From Octopus bimaculoides (taxonomy: Eukaryota), in NCBI RefSeq assembly GCF_001194135.2, contig NC_068985.1:53640780-53704779 (forward strand): 64,000 nucleotides of DNA. Reading direction: 5' to 3'. The notes beneath the pieces are model-generated. The model made no database searches. It worked only from the letters and a program-made list of their open reading frames with translations, and was not told the origin of the DNA. Of this stretch, positions 11,899-25,800 are shown piece by piece. The position numbers and the translations under genes were made by a program. How positions within the stretch are numbered: position 1 is the first letter of the stretch; each line of letters opens with the position of its first letter.

Positions 11899-14256
11899 GT
11901 AAGTCTTGGCAGATTACTATTTTATCTTGTGAGCTCTCTCCTATTGTGTTCTTCTAATTCTCTTCAACTTTCTTAAGGACTCGAGCATAGCTGTGTGGTT
12001 AAGAAATTAACTTTATAACCCATAGTTCCATGTTTGATTCATATTGCACTGTATTTATATTATAGCCACCGACTGACCAATATTTTGTGAACTGAATTTC
12101 ATAGATAAGAATGGTATGAAAGCTCATCATCTATATAATGTGTCTGTTCATATATATATATATATATATAAGGTAAACTTTGCCACTCTATATTAGCAAA
12201 AGATGTAGACATAAGTAAGAAAATTGGAAAAGCAATGTTCTTTCAATGAAGTTCTTTGTGATGTTTGTTCAACACTGAGTTACAGATACTCCTTTATCAT
12301 TCTCACCATCATACAGTGATGCAGTTATTGGTTTGTTGGAAACCTATAACTAAGGATGTTGTTGATCACCAAATAGGATATGAAGTAAGTAAAACAAACA
12401 AATAATACTTATTTAAATAAGGCTATTAAAGTTATTCAGTTTTCTAAAAGAATCAGAATATATGGTATGGTTTCTTTTTGGTGTTTTTTTTTTTATCATT
12501 GAGGATGAATACTTATATGCTGAGGGTACTGTTGTTATTTGTCTGAATGCTGGAGTTGATGTCTCATCAAATGATGAAGAAGCTCTTTAGGTATTTCAGC
12601 CCCTTCCAATTCAACACCGAAGTTACCCAGGGCCACCCACCAATGTGGCCAATAAAACTCCCTCACAAAACCACAAGCTTTGTTGCAACTCTGGGCCAGA
12701 TGTTTGTATCATCCTAAACACTTAATCTTGCTGCATCACTCATCTTCTCTCAGCCAGATGTAATGGCTTGCTTTCTCAACAGCTTCAGACAGTTTTCTGG
12801 CATCTTTTCTCTCCTTTGCAGTTACACTGTGACTCCTGAGCATTAATAGACATCATCAGCATAGCAGTTATACATTTCTTGTGCTCTTATTGTTTATTGT
12901 TTCTCTGCACCTGTCACATTTGGTTCCAATGATGCATGTAATAAGATGTGTGATGCCTGAATGCATGTACCAATTGAAATATATGAGTAAATAAAGTTAG
13001 TCAGCTCTGAAATGAGGAGAAATAGTAGGGTCTAGTTAGACCATATATGAAGTGTTGACCAGAAATAGTTGAGCTGAAGTCAGTTTAAAAAAAAAATTAC
13101 TGGACATAAAAGATATTAATTAATGTTTACAGATGATGTTAATTGATGCTTACAGACGATACTAATTTAATAAGCCAAGAATCTCATGAAAATAGGTTCT
13201 TTTCTCTGTAACTCTGTCATTCTTCCTGTTGATCTCATTTCATTGCTATTCAGTCAATTTTGAAAACTTGATCTACAGTGAAAGAACAAGTCTCTATGCA
13301 GTTGCATTACCTATTAGAAATAGCTGCCAAATCACCCTTAAACCTTCTTAAAATAGGTAGGACACAATATAATCCTAGATACACTACATCTGAGAAAAGA
13401 CGATATGGGCAAGGCTGACACATCCTTGTTCACTGAGATTTGTGATTGAGTGTATTCCAACTGTAACTGTACTGGTCATGCTCTTACCCAACTCACCATG
13501 GTTCAACAACTTGCTGTAAGAAAATGTGAGTTGTTTCCCCTTCATTTTCTTAGAATTGAATTTTTGATGCATGCATGTTCATAGACATGTGTTTGTATTT
13601 AGTGGTGGTGGCGTGGTCACCATTATCATCATCATCATCATCATCATTATTATTATTATTATTATTATTATCATTGCTATTGTTGCAAATTAATAGAACT
13701 GTTAGCACATCAGGCGAGATACTTTGCAGTATTTAATACAACTCTTTACATTTTGAGTTCAAATTCCACCAGGGCCAACTTTGCCTTTCAAACTTTCAGG
13801 ATCAATAAAATGAAGTACTAGTTAATTACTGTGGTCAATATAACCAACATATCCCCCCCCCTCAAAACTGCAGCTATGTGCCAAAATTAGAAAGAATTAT
13901 TTTTATTATTGCTACCAAGGGTGACTTTGCCTTCCATGCTTTTGGGGTTAATAAAATAAGTACCTGTTGAGCATTTGGATCAATGTAATTAACTTATCCC
14001 TCTCCCAAAACTGCTGGGCTTGAGCCAAATTTTAAACCATTATTAAGGTGAGAATCATTAGCATACTGGACAAATACTTAATGACATTTCTTTCAGTGTC
14101 ATAGTCTGAGCAAATATCACTGAGATTGACTTTGCCTTTCATCCTTTCAGGATCAATAAAATAAGTACCAGTTGAGCACTGGGGTCGATGTAATTGATGT
14201 ACCCACTCTTCTGTAAAATTACTGGCCTTGTGCCAAAATTTGAAACCAGTATTATT

Positions 14257-14803
14257 GGGTGAGGGAGCAGTGCATGTCATCAAAGTGACACTGGAGTACA
14301 AATATATGAAGCCCAATATACCCCTATATGACTACCTATCTGAAAAGGATACACCAGGCACATACATCACATCATATGTGCAACATGGTGATCTTGTATC
14401 AAGATAAGCAATGCATGACTTTGCAGGTAGGGGACCCAACTAGAATTTTCTTCCAGTCGAGTAGCCCATCCTGCTCAAAAGGTCCCTGAATAAGGGTTGT
14501 TTAAGAATGATGAGCAAAACAACCATGTTTCCAGGGGTGAGTTATTCAAACTCTAAAGAATACTTCTCAACACATGGCTATGATGTTACTCCACTATACC
14601 TGCCTGTGATNNNNNNNNNNNNNNNNNNNNNNNNNNNNNNNNNNNNNNNNNNNNNNNNNNNNNNNNNNNNNNNNNNNNNNNNNNNNNNNNNNNNNNNNNN
14701 NNNNNNNNNNNNNNNNNNCCAAGACTAAGTATGTACATGATAACACTTCCAATCAATAAAGATCAGAAGCTATGAGAGCTAGTGCCTGGTACTGAATCAG
14801 GGC
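14257..14803 (-). mobile_element. Non-coding interspersed repeat bounded by (AAT)n; second partial copy at 15042-15382
   Basis: The two copies share ...CCCTGAATAA...TTATTCAAAC...CAACACATGGCTATGATG and ...GATCAGAAGCTATGAGAGCTAGTGCCTGGTACTGAATCAGGGC followed by (ATT)n. Confidence 0.7.
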
Positions 14804-15381
14804 ATTATTATTATTATTATTATTATTATGAGGAATTAATTGTTCAGTTAATTAACCAAGCAATTCATTGACTTTATTTCATAGTGGCTTCTATTGATAA
14901 CTATACTTTGTGATAACCTATGACAATACTGTATTAATTATTCCAGGAATAAGATTGCTTAATGTGTTTATTAATATTACTATTGTCATGCTTAGCAGTA
15001 TTTCACCCATTGCTACATTCTGAGTTCAAATTCTGCCATGGTCAAAATGTCCCTGAATAAAGTTTGCTTAAGAATGTTGAATGAAACACCTATGTTTCTA
15101 GAGGTGAATTATTCAAACCCCAGAGAATTCCTCTCAACACATGGCTATGATGCTTCCCCTCTACTTCTGCTCGGAATCAGAGATGCACATATCATCAGCC
15201 ACTAAGGGACATGCTCAACTGGTCAAGGTCAAACAACTGACAAGCAAATCTGTGGTATTGAGCAGAATATTTGCGGTAGCCCATCTTTTATACCAAGACA
15301 AAATAAAACATGTACATGATAACACTTCCAATCAGTAAAGATCAGAAGCTATGAGAGCTAGTGCCTGGTACTGAATCAGGG

Positions 15382-15425
<44 letters not shown>

Positions 15426-17260
15426 ATTGGTTACACTAAACTGTTTGGTAAAATATTNNNNNNNNNNNNNNNNNNNNNNNNNNNNNNNNNNNNNNNNNNN
15501 NNNNNNNNNNNNNNNNNNNNNNNNNNNNNNNNNNNNNNNNNNNNNNNNNNNNNNNNNNNNNNNNNNNNNNNNNNNNNNNNNNNNNNNNNNNNNNNNNNNN
15601 NNNNNNNNNNNNNNNNNNNNNNNNNNNNNNNNNNNNNNNNNNNNNNNNNNNNNNNNNNNNNNNNNNNNNNNNNNNNNNNNNNNNNNNNNNNNNNNNNNNN
15701 NNNNNNNNNNNNNNNNNNNNNNNNNNNNNNNNNNNNNNNNNNNNNNNNNNNNNNNNNNNNNNNNNNNNNNNNNNNNNNNNNNNNNNNNNNNNNNNNNNNN
15801 NNNNNNNNNNNNNNNNNNNNNNNNNNNNNNNNNNNNNNNNNNNNNNNNNNNNNNNNNNNNNNNNNNNNNNNNNNNNNNNNNNNNNNNNNNNNNNNNNNNN
15901 NNNNNNNNNNNNNNNNNNNNNNNNNNNNNNNNNNNNNNNNNNNNNNNNNNNNNNNNNNNNNNNNNNNNNNNNNNNNNNNNNNNNNNNNNNNNNNNNNNNN
16001 NNNNNNNNNNNNNNNNNNNNNNNNNNNNNNNNNNNNNNNNNNNNNNNNNNNNNNNNNNNNNNNNNNNNNNNNNNNNNNNNNNNNNNNNNNNNNNNNNNNN
16101 NNNNNNNNNNNNNNNNNNNNNNNNNNNNNNNNNNNNNNNNNNGAGAGAGAGAGATTAGATTAGATTCACTCATTGTGGCCTTTCTGGGGTACCATCTTGA
16201 AGAATTTTAGTTGAATGAATCGACCCCAGTACTTTTTAAGCCTGATACTTATCATTCTCTTTTGCTGAACCACTAAGTTACAGGGACATAAGACACCAAC
16301 ACGGGTTGTCAAGTGGTGTTGGTGGGATTAATACACACACACACACACACACATATGACAGGTTACTTTCAGTTTCCATCTCTCAAGTCTGCTAATAACG
16401 CTCTGCTTGGCCTGAAGTTACAGCAGAAGGCACTTGCCCCAGGTGCTGCACTCTGGAGCAGAACCATGTAGTTGCAAAGCGAGCTTTTTAACTACACAGC
16501 CATGAGTCCAAAATTAAGATTGTTTAATGTGTGGCTTGGCAATTTAGAGACAAATGAAAACTGACAAAATTTGCAATAAATAGTTATCCATGCTCATCAT
16601 CATTATCAGTTTGACTAAACTGGGGAGCTATACCAGGTTCCAGTCTGATTTAGCAGAGTTTCTATGGCTGGATGCCCTTCCTAATGCCAACCACTCCAAG
16701 AGTGTAGTGGTTGCTTTAAAATGTGCCACCGACATGGGTGTCAGTTACATAACACTGGCATCAGCCACAAGTATGATTTCACCTGGTTTGACAGGTCTTC
16801 TGGAGCACGGTATATTGCCAAAGGTCTCGATAACTTGTCACTGCCTCCATGAACCCAACATTTGAAGGGTACTTTTTATGTGCCACCAGCACAGGTGTCA
16901 GTTACACGACAATGGCATCAGCCATGACTACAATTTCACCTGGTTTGATGGGTCTTCTCAAGCACAGCATATTGCCCAACGCTTGAAGGGTGCCTTTTAT
17001 GTGCCACCAACATAGGTGCCAGTTACACGATCCTGGCATCAGCCATGACTATGATTTCACTTGGCTTGACAGGTCTTCTCCATATGTAAAAAAACCCAAT
17101 TTTTTAAAAATTTGCCAGGGTGAGGAGCATGCACCACATTTACTCCCAGCTGGGTACACCACATCAGTAAGTGGTAAGTATTTAGGGAAACAAAATAATT
17201 CTCATCATACATCACTATTTCTAAACTTGTATATATTTAATTTTATTTTATTTTTTTCAG

Positions 17261-18855
17261 GAAGAACGAAGTTTTACAATAACGTAGGTGTACTTCGTGA
17301 TATGATGCAAAATCACCTCACAGAGTTACTTACACTTGTTTCAATGGAACTTCCTGCTGATGGAAATGTAGACAGCATTGATGAAATAAAAGAAAAGAAA
17401 ATTGCTCTCCTTGAACAAGTACAACCAATGAAAGTCAAGTCTCTTCTTTTCGGTCAGTATAAAGACTATATGCAAGAAGCAGAGAAAGAAAGTATCAATA
17501 AATCTTCATCAGCCAAGACACCAACATTTGCAGCTGCCTTGCTTCACATAGAATCTGCACGATGGAAGGATGTCCCATTTGTCCTTGTGGCTGGTAAACA
17601 AATGGATGAAAGGACCACTTATGTTAGAATTATTTTCAAAAATAATGTATTCAAAATTCCACCAACTACTGATAGTGAGAGGATTCAACAAATCATTTTT
17701 CATATCAACTATGGTGTTATGAAAGAGCCCTGCATTATTGTACCATGGTCTCTTCACAAAGCTCTCTGGCCTAAGGATGTTGTACCTAAAATGTGGTCCC
17801 AGCCTCCTGCTTATGGTTCTGAGATGTCTACCTACCAAACTGGTGTTCCTGGTCAAACTACCGATGCTTATATACAAGTGGTTCAAGATATAGTAAACGG
17901 TAAACAAGCTCACTTTGTTGGAACCCGTCAATTAATGAGTATGTGGGATATTTGGCAAACTAGTCTTAATGTATTGGCAAAACGTCCCAAACTTTACACA
18001 CGAAACAATACTTTGGATTTTACAATTATCAATAAACAATTAGCATTCGTTGAGAGTGAACATTCACAGCAAGAATATGTGAAGCCAACTTCAGACAAAC
18101 CAGTATTTGCTCAATTACCAAAACACTTTCTTGGTGGAAACCTCTATGTGAACTCAACTGGTGCATTGGCCATGCAATTAACTTCATCTATTATTGAAAT
18201 CTCAATGAAATTGATTAAAGAGAAGAAGCCATTCCACATTGGATTTTCTGGTGGTAAAACACCAGCTTTGCTTTTCCGTAAATTAAGAGAAATTTACCCC
18301 CTCCACTTGTGGGTTAACACTCACATCTGGTTGGTTGATGAGCGATGTCAGCCTTTAAACAGTCACAGATCTAATTTCAATTTATTGTTTACTGAACTTC
18401 TACAACATATTAACATTCCCTATGTCAACCTTCACCCAATGCCAGTATCAATAGCTGGCTCTCTCTGCACTGATAAAGATGAAGGGGATATTCTTTATGA
18501 GAGACAGCTATCTAATGCTGTAATCAATGGGCTGGACTATGTTGTACTTGGGCTGGGAAAAGATGGTCATGTAGCTTCTTTATTTCCACATGATAAATCC
18601 TTAACCTTAACAACCCCAAGGAAAGTGATTCTGACTAATGCCGCCAACAGAGGGGATAAACGAATGTCACTTACTGTTGACTTTCTTAATATGTCTAAAA
18701 ATATTGCTCTTTTTGTAACTGGTAAAGAAAAACATAAAATCTTAAACAGCATTAGTTCAGAAAGTGACAGACTTAAATATCCTGTTCAAAATATTCAGCC
18801 AAATGCTGGACATCTTACTTGGTTTGTAGATTCAGCTGCATGGCTTGGAGTGTGA
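17261..18855 (+). CDS. H6PD: H6PD terminal coding exon (C-terminal G6PDH domain + 6-phosphogluconolactonase domain)
   Basis: tttttttcag|GA AGA ACG gives GRTKFYNNVGVLRDMMQNHLTE (catalytic His), TPTFAA and RWKDVPFVLVAGK. 6PGL motifs GFSGGKTP, DERC, GLGKDGHVASLFP, RMSLT and WFVD follow; TGA at 18853-18855. Spliced CDS 668+92+1595=2355 nt (784 aa). Confidence 0.95.
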
Positions 18856-19000
18856 TCAGATGAGAGCAGGAAAAATAAAGTTCTTTTTGTTTCAATTAAT
18901 TAATAAGCAATACTGTAGGAACTTATTCGATTTAATTGTTCCCAATGGCATATACATATATATATAAATACACACACCCAACTATACATACATATATATG

Positions 19001-19031
<31 letters not shown>

Positions 19032-19677
19032 ATGTGCATACAAATGTCTGTCATCACTTAGAAGCACAGCATTCACATTCCAAATTTTAAAGGCATCTAA
19101 CTACAACCACGAATTATATTGGACTATTTATTGTTATTTTGCTCTCTATACATCTAGTCCCAATGTTCTTTATATACTCTACAAAAAGTATTTAGAATTT
19201 TGGATTGCACACTACTATAGAATACAACAGATGATTATAACATTTCAATTTATTCAGGACGCAGTTTCATTTTTCTAGTTTAATTAGTTTAGTGATAGTA
19301 AATCAGTCATCTAATTATTGTCTTAGCTACTACACTGAAATTAGTTCACATTTTAGTAAGACTCCACTGTGGGTGATATAATGAAATATATAGTGTTGCA
19401 CACCTCATCATTCACTTGCCTCTTAAATTTTCCTTCCACCAAAGCAACCCATTTGGGTAACTTTGTTCACATTTATTTAGCCATGTAAAACACACACACA
19501 TGCAAGGTGGAGAAAATAGTAATCAAGTACCAAAAATGAAGTAAAACAGTGTTTTATCGAAGCTGAAAAGACTTCACAAAATGTGACTCAGAGTTTCACA
19601 AAACCGATCATCAGAAAGTCATGAGTATTTAGGGCAATGGTATGGTTTGTATGTATTTAATAAATTACTCTCTCTCT

Positions 19678-19725
<48 letters not shown>

Positions 19726-20423
19726 TTCCTCTCTCCCTATATATATATATATATATATATATAGTATTCCTCTCTCTGTCTCTCTCTCTCTTTAAAACAA
19801 GTACTGATATATTAGTTAATAGAGTGGATATATTATTTTATATAATGTTATAAATTTTGTTTCATTGCAGCCAATTCATGTTACTGAATTCGTGTTACTA
19901 ACATGAGTTGACTAAATTTGTAATATTGTATAGATAACACTTGCACACACATGTGTGTGTGTACTTTCACACAATTGACTTATTTCTGCCAACATGTTTT
20001 TAAGGTGCTAACTAACATAGATGTTTCAATTAAACATTTATTAAATGGTTTCTGCTCAGTTTTGTTCTGAACTCATCCACATTAATCTATAATTAAGATA
20101 GTCTCTAAGGAGTCCAGTTGACAGAGTGTGTTTATGTATTAGTGGAGTTAAAAAAGATACACACACTGTTTCTAGTTGTAATCTATAATATTTTATTTTT
20201 TATTTTTATCAATTATAATTGTTTGTAAGAGTAGTGGGTTGGTAGAATTGTTAGAGCATTGGACAAAATACCTTCTGGTATTCAGTTATGGATCTTTACA
20301 TTTCCTGTTCAAATCCAACCAAGGTTAACTTGCCCTTCATTCTTCCAAGGTCAATAAAATAATGCACCAACTAGAAATAGCAGTGAGCTCTATCCCTTCA
20401 AAACTGCAGATTAGAAACAATAA

Positions 20424-22447
20424 CACTGGTTTACAAAAATTTTTTTTTTGCTCTGAAGCAAGGATGTGAATAGTTGTTTTTTACTAATTTTTGATATGCT
20501 GAATTCAATTTTCTGAACAATTTTGCTCTATCACCTCTAGGGTTTTTGCTTTTACATATCCCATTTTAATTATAAATGGTATAAATTCAAAATATAGGGT
20601 TTATTTCATCTGTTACAAGGCATATTACAGAAGGAAAAAAAAACAGCATAGATACAGAACACTGATGGAACTAAATTACTTGGATAATAGAATATACACA
20701 AATCATAGTACAGCAGACAGAAGTGAGTTTTTTGGGATGATCTTGTGTACTTTGCCTCTGGGATGTCACTCAAGAGCATCTGGCAAAAGTTCCCCATCAT
20801 GCTAGAGTTCCACTTGTCTTTGTAATTGCTCTCCATCTTAGTAATATCTTGGTGGAACCTTTCTCCATGTTTATCACTCACTGCTCCAAGCTTTGGAGGG
20901 AAGAAGTTGAGGTGAGAGTGGAGAAAGTGAATATTGAGTGACATTCAGCTTCCCATATTCTCATAAAACTGTAACAACTTCTCGATACAATTTTGGTAAT
21001 CTAGTACCCATGTGTTACCAAGAGAGCCATGGCAGACTGATTTAAATGCTTCCCATGCTCTCAGTTCCTTTAAGGTAAGAAGCTCCTCAAAGTCCTTATC
21101 CTTCAGCACCTCTCAGATCTGAAGTCTGATAAAGATGCTCTCCTTGAGCTTAGTAGAACTCAGAGCTGGGAACAGAGTGCACAAGTGTTGGAAGGCAGCA
21201 CCATTTTTGTCCATGGCCTTCTCAAAATTCTTCATTAAACCAAGTTTGATATGAAGAGGAAGAAAAAGCACCTTGTGCATGTCCACCAGAGGATTTTCTT
21301 GGACACTATTCATAAGGCATGAAAGTGCTCCTAGATCCCCAGAGACAGAGAAAGCAACAGTACTCTGTGAAGCCAGCTTGCATACCTATAAGGAGTTCAA
21401 TGACCTTGAGGTCCCAACAGAGACTCTACTGGTAATGGTTGTACATGACAGCTTCTAAAAGGAGCTCCATATTGTCTTACGACTCCTTCAGATGGGCTGA
21501 GTAGGCAATGGGAATGCTGTGGTATTTATTCCCAATTGTGCAGGAGCACAGATTCAGACTTCGCTTGGAAGAGTCTATGAAAAAACACTAGTCTGAGGGA
21601 TTGTGTGGAAAACCAAGGAAGGTGAACAAGCCAGAGACAGTTGTGCAGTAGAACAACCTGTTTTCCATGTTGAAGAATGAAGCAAAGTCTTGGTTCCATG
21701 TCCTGAAACTGGTGATCCTTACGTCAGCCTTCACCAGGTTCCACTGCTTAAGCTCGGATGCCAGGAGCTCTGACTGCTGCTTAGATAGATACAAATCACG
21801 GGGAAGATCATTCAGATCTTCCTGCGTGATCCAGTGGGGCTCAATGCCACTTGCTCCTGAATAAACAGAGATATTGTCTTCAGAAGAGATCAACTTGGCA
21901 GAATCTCCCCCTGAAGGCATTTCTTCATCTGATAAAGGAAGAAGATCCTTATTTGCTGGGAGTGTAGGGAAAGGGAAATCATCTGCGTGGGGAACAGGTG
22001 TCATAGCTGAAGGAAGGTTGGGATATTTGATCTTTTTTCTAGAAGAAGCATTATAAACTTGTTATATTTGTTAGACAAAAATAACAATCATCTGCATGGC
22101 TTTGTGGCTCTCTCCAGACCATCAGGACAGCAAAGTTGAAGGCTGTGCAACTGTCATGAAATCTCCATACATGTAGCAGAATGAATTTGACTTGTTGATG
22201 CATCCTCAGTGTTTTGAAGTGCCTGAAGCCATTGTAGAGATATGTATCAATAAGTATCACAAAAATCTAGAAAACAAAATAAAAATTGGTCATATATATG
22301 GTCATGTGAATTGTTGAAACATCATAATTTATATCTTAAAAACTAGAGGTGATGAGTGAAAACTGATTTTGTATCTGAAATCAGCACCCTAAAATCAGGC
22401 TAGAACAACTATTTTTATGTTTGCTTCAATTTCTCTGTAAACCAGTG
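20424..22447 (-). mobile_element. Chapaev3-type (CMC superfamily) DNA transposon, end-to-end but with a decayed transposase
   Basis: TAA|CACTGGTTTACA ... TGTAAACCAGTG|TAA (12-bp TIR, 3-bp TWA TSD). Frameshifted fragments carry WREPQSHADDCYFC, LSKQQSELLAS, DLKV..LLIGMQAGFTEYCCFLCLW, PLHIKLGLMKNF and HFLHSHLNFFP..LGAVSDKHGERFHQDI. Confidence 0.88.
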
Positions 22448-22858
22448 TAATTACAGCTGTCTCTATTTTTTTTTTTCTTTTTACAGGCAGGTCTGTGCCA
22501 TTTCATTTTAAAATTTGATAGTCTTTCTTTTTCCTCTTTCTTCAAAAGCATCATCTTTTCTTTGTAGTGTTTATTATTCTGATAGCATTGGAGTGGTAGA
22601 TTGGCAGGATTGTTGAGGCTTCAGACGAGTTGTCCTGAAGTGTTTCTTCCAGCTCTAAATGCTCTGAATTTCAAATCCCTCCAAGGTCAACTTTGCCTCT
22701 CATCCTTCTAAGGTCAGTAAAATAAAGTTCTAGTCAAGTACTTGAGTTTATGTAGTCTACCAACCCTCTTCTCACAAACTACTAGCCTTGTGCCTAAATC
22801 GGAAATCATTATTTTTTACAGTATTATCATATACATTGAGGTCTTTTACACCTGCCTT

Positions 22859-22892
<34 letters not shown>

Positions 22893-25800
22893 CCTCTCTC
22901 TCTCTCTCCCTCTCTCTCTCCCTCTCTCTCTCCCACTCTCTCTCCCTTCCTCCTCCTCCCCTCACATACTCTCCTGCAACTTACCCAACTATATGTCATC
23001 TCTCCTTTCTCTTGTCCTTCCCCCAACTACTCTTCTACTGATCACCCCAATTTTTCCACACTTTACCTCCCTCACATCATGTACCATTCATCATCCTCCA
23101 TCCCTATCCACCACTTGCTAAATCTACACTTCAAGCCTACCCAATCTTTACAGTTGTTGAGTACCCCCCCCCTCACTCATTCTCCATCTCTTACTCCTCC
23201 GCACACTCTTGTAACTTCCACCAACCCACACTCCTATTTTGCTGTCCCCACTCACTTCTACTCACCTTGTACCTCGAAGGTTCAACAAGGTGTCTCATCA
23301 TCACTATTTCTATCAATTTCCATCTCCTCTCAGTCACTCCCACCATCTCTTTTAAAATGTGAGTTGCCATGTAGCTTCTCTACAACTAGAAGCTTGTTCT
23401 GCTCTAGCTCCTTCTCTTGTATTTTAACCATTCATCTCCAAGCATAACACTACCTCTCTCAAGATTTGAAGCCTTGCAGGCTGCAATGGAAACCTCACTA
23501 ATGCTGGTGCACCCAGTACACATTGTAAAGTGACTGACATTAAGAAGGGCATCAAACCATAAAAACCATGCCAAAGCAGACACTGAAGTATGATGCAGTT
23601 CTTGGAACCATTGAATTCTGTCAGACTGTCAATCTATGACAGTGTGGAACATGAACGTTAAAATGATGATGGTGGTGGTGGTGGTGATGATGATGATCTT
23701 TTTATATCAATTTTATCAATATATCTGATAAAGTGGTAATGATATCTTCCTAGTTTTTCCTGGGTTTTGCCCCAAACAAGCAAAGACTGACATCTTTATT
23801 CCATCTATTATAGCAAGTTAAGTAAGGGAAACAAAAAACTTTGTCAAAGTTTAACACTGAAAATTAATTTGTCCTCTTAAATTTGTTAAAAGATACATCT
23901 TTGCTGAATGTATCAATTATCAGATTTTGGGCCCTAGTATCACTTTTTTTGTTTTGTTTTGTTTTTTTGGGTTTTTTTTCTTTTGCATCTATCAGAGAAT
24001 AAAGGGCTTTGTTGTATAATTGTATATTAATTGTTAATATCTTTGAGAAATAAGACAGTGAGCTGGCAAAATCATTAGCACACTAGGCAAAATGCTTAGT
24101 GGCATTTTATCCATCTTTGCATTCTAAGTTCAAATTCTAAGTTGAGGCTGACTTTGCCTTTCATCCTTCCAGGGTTGATAAAACAAGTACTAGGAGAGCA
24201 CTGAAGCCTATGTAATCAACTTACCCCCACCTCCAAACTTACTGGCCTTGTGCCAAAATTTGAAACCAATATCTTTCAGAAATATTTTGCACTAATGTAA
24301 TAAAGATTTTAAAAGTAAACCTGACAATTGGTTTTCTACAGTGCTTTACCAATAGAAATTTTGATATATTTCACTATAACAATGACCTCAAATATTTGTA
24401 CATGATTAAGCCATTTGTTATTATATTTCTGTAGAATTTAGTGAAATATATTTGTCATTATTAAGTTGGTGATTGGAACTTAAATGTACATGAAATTTTG
24501 ATGGAGGGTTTTAGTTTACATCACTTTAAAACAGGGAGTTTCGTATCATAGAACCAGGAGTAGTCTCAGGCAGGCTGATATCACAAGGGTTAATATACCT
24601 TCTTGACCAACCTTACCAAGCAATAACAGTTATTCTTTGCTGTTGTACATAACTAGAAATACTGCTTATATATAACTAAGTGTACTAACCAACAAGGGAG
24701 TCTTAGCAAAGTTACTCAACCTGTTAGAAATACCAGCTAATTCTCCTTTAAATCACACACTGCTATCTTAAAGAAAGGAGATCACCAAAAACAAAACCAA
24801 AAGGAAAGAATGATAATGTATTCCTAAATAAGCGATGTCTGAAAATAATAAGATGAGGTGGTCATGGATAGCTGGGATTCCTTTGATTATATACTTGCTT
24901 TGTAAGAACTTACAATAAGTACAAATACTATTGACCTCTGAGCTTTGTTTCAAACAAAGGCAGAATCAACATAAAACTATGTAAGCAATAAATGAAAACA
25001 TAAAAATGAATATTGTAGCAACATTATAATGATTAACCCACATCAGACTCAGAGCTGGCAGAATTTTAGTGCATCAGATAAAATCCTTAGCAACATTTTT
25101 TCCAGCTCTTTACTTGCTGAATTCAAATTCCTCCAAGGTCAATTTTGCCTTTCATCCTTTCATCCAATTTTGCGTTCATCATCATCATCATCATTAACGT
25201 CTGCTCTCTATGCTGGCATGTGTTGGATAGTTTGACATGGAGCTGGCTAGCTGTCCAGACTCTAGCTGTCTGTCGTGTGCTGGGTGCTTTTTACAGGCCA
25301 CTGGCATGGGTGCATCTATGCAGCAGCAGCACAGGTGTGTTAACACAGCACCGGCACCTGAAAGGACAAAATACCAGTTGAACACTGGAGTTAATGTAAT
25401 CAACTTACCCTCTCCCCTAAAGTTGCTGGCCTTGTGCCAAAATAAAATAAGTACCAGTTACATACTGAGATCAATGTAATCAGCTAACCCCTTCCCGAAA
25501 ATTTCAGATCTTCTGCTAAAATAAGCAAGGATTATTATCATTATTATTATTATTATCATCATTATTATCATTATTATTATTAAGGTAGTAAGCTGGCAGA
25601 ATTGTTAATGCATTGGGCAAAATGCTTAGTGACATTTCTTTCAGTTATTTACGTTCTGAGTTCAAATCCCACTGAGATCAACTTTGCCGTTCATCCTTTC
25701 AGAGGTCAATGAAATAAAGTAACACCCTCCCCTCAAAATTGTTGAACTTGTGCCTAAATTAGAAGCCATTAATTAGTTATTAGCCACATCAAACTCATTA

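Noticed and set aside
15427-16173. Long ORFs over N runs and microsatellites (also 43301-44084, 44792-45517, 50248-50674, 62141-63211, 22742-23447)
   Set aside because: They translate gaps or (TA)n/(CT)n/(TG)n tracts (YIYI, LSLS, VCVC) and are not proteins.
16990-17260. N-terminal 90 aa of the 621-aa ORF 16990..18855
   Set aside because: It is intronic RTE-UTR repeat read in frame by chance; the real exon starts at the acceptor at 17260/17261.
18874-18879. AATAAA just after the H6PD stop as the poly(A) signal
   Set aside because: Plausible, but AATAAA is very frequent in this AT-rich DNA and cannot be supported without 3'-end data.
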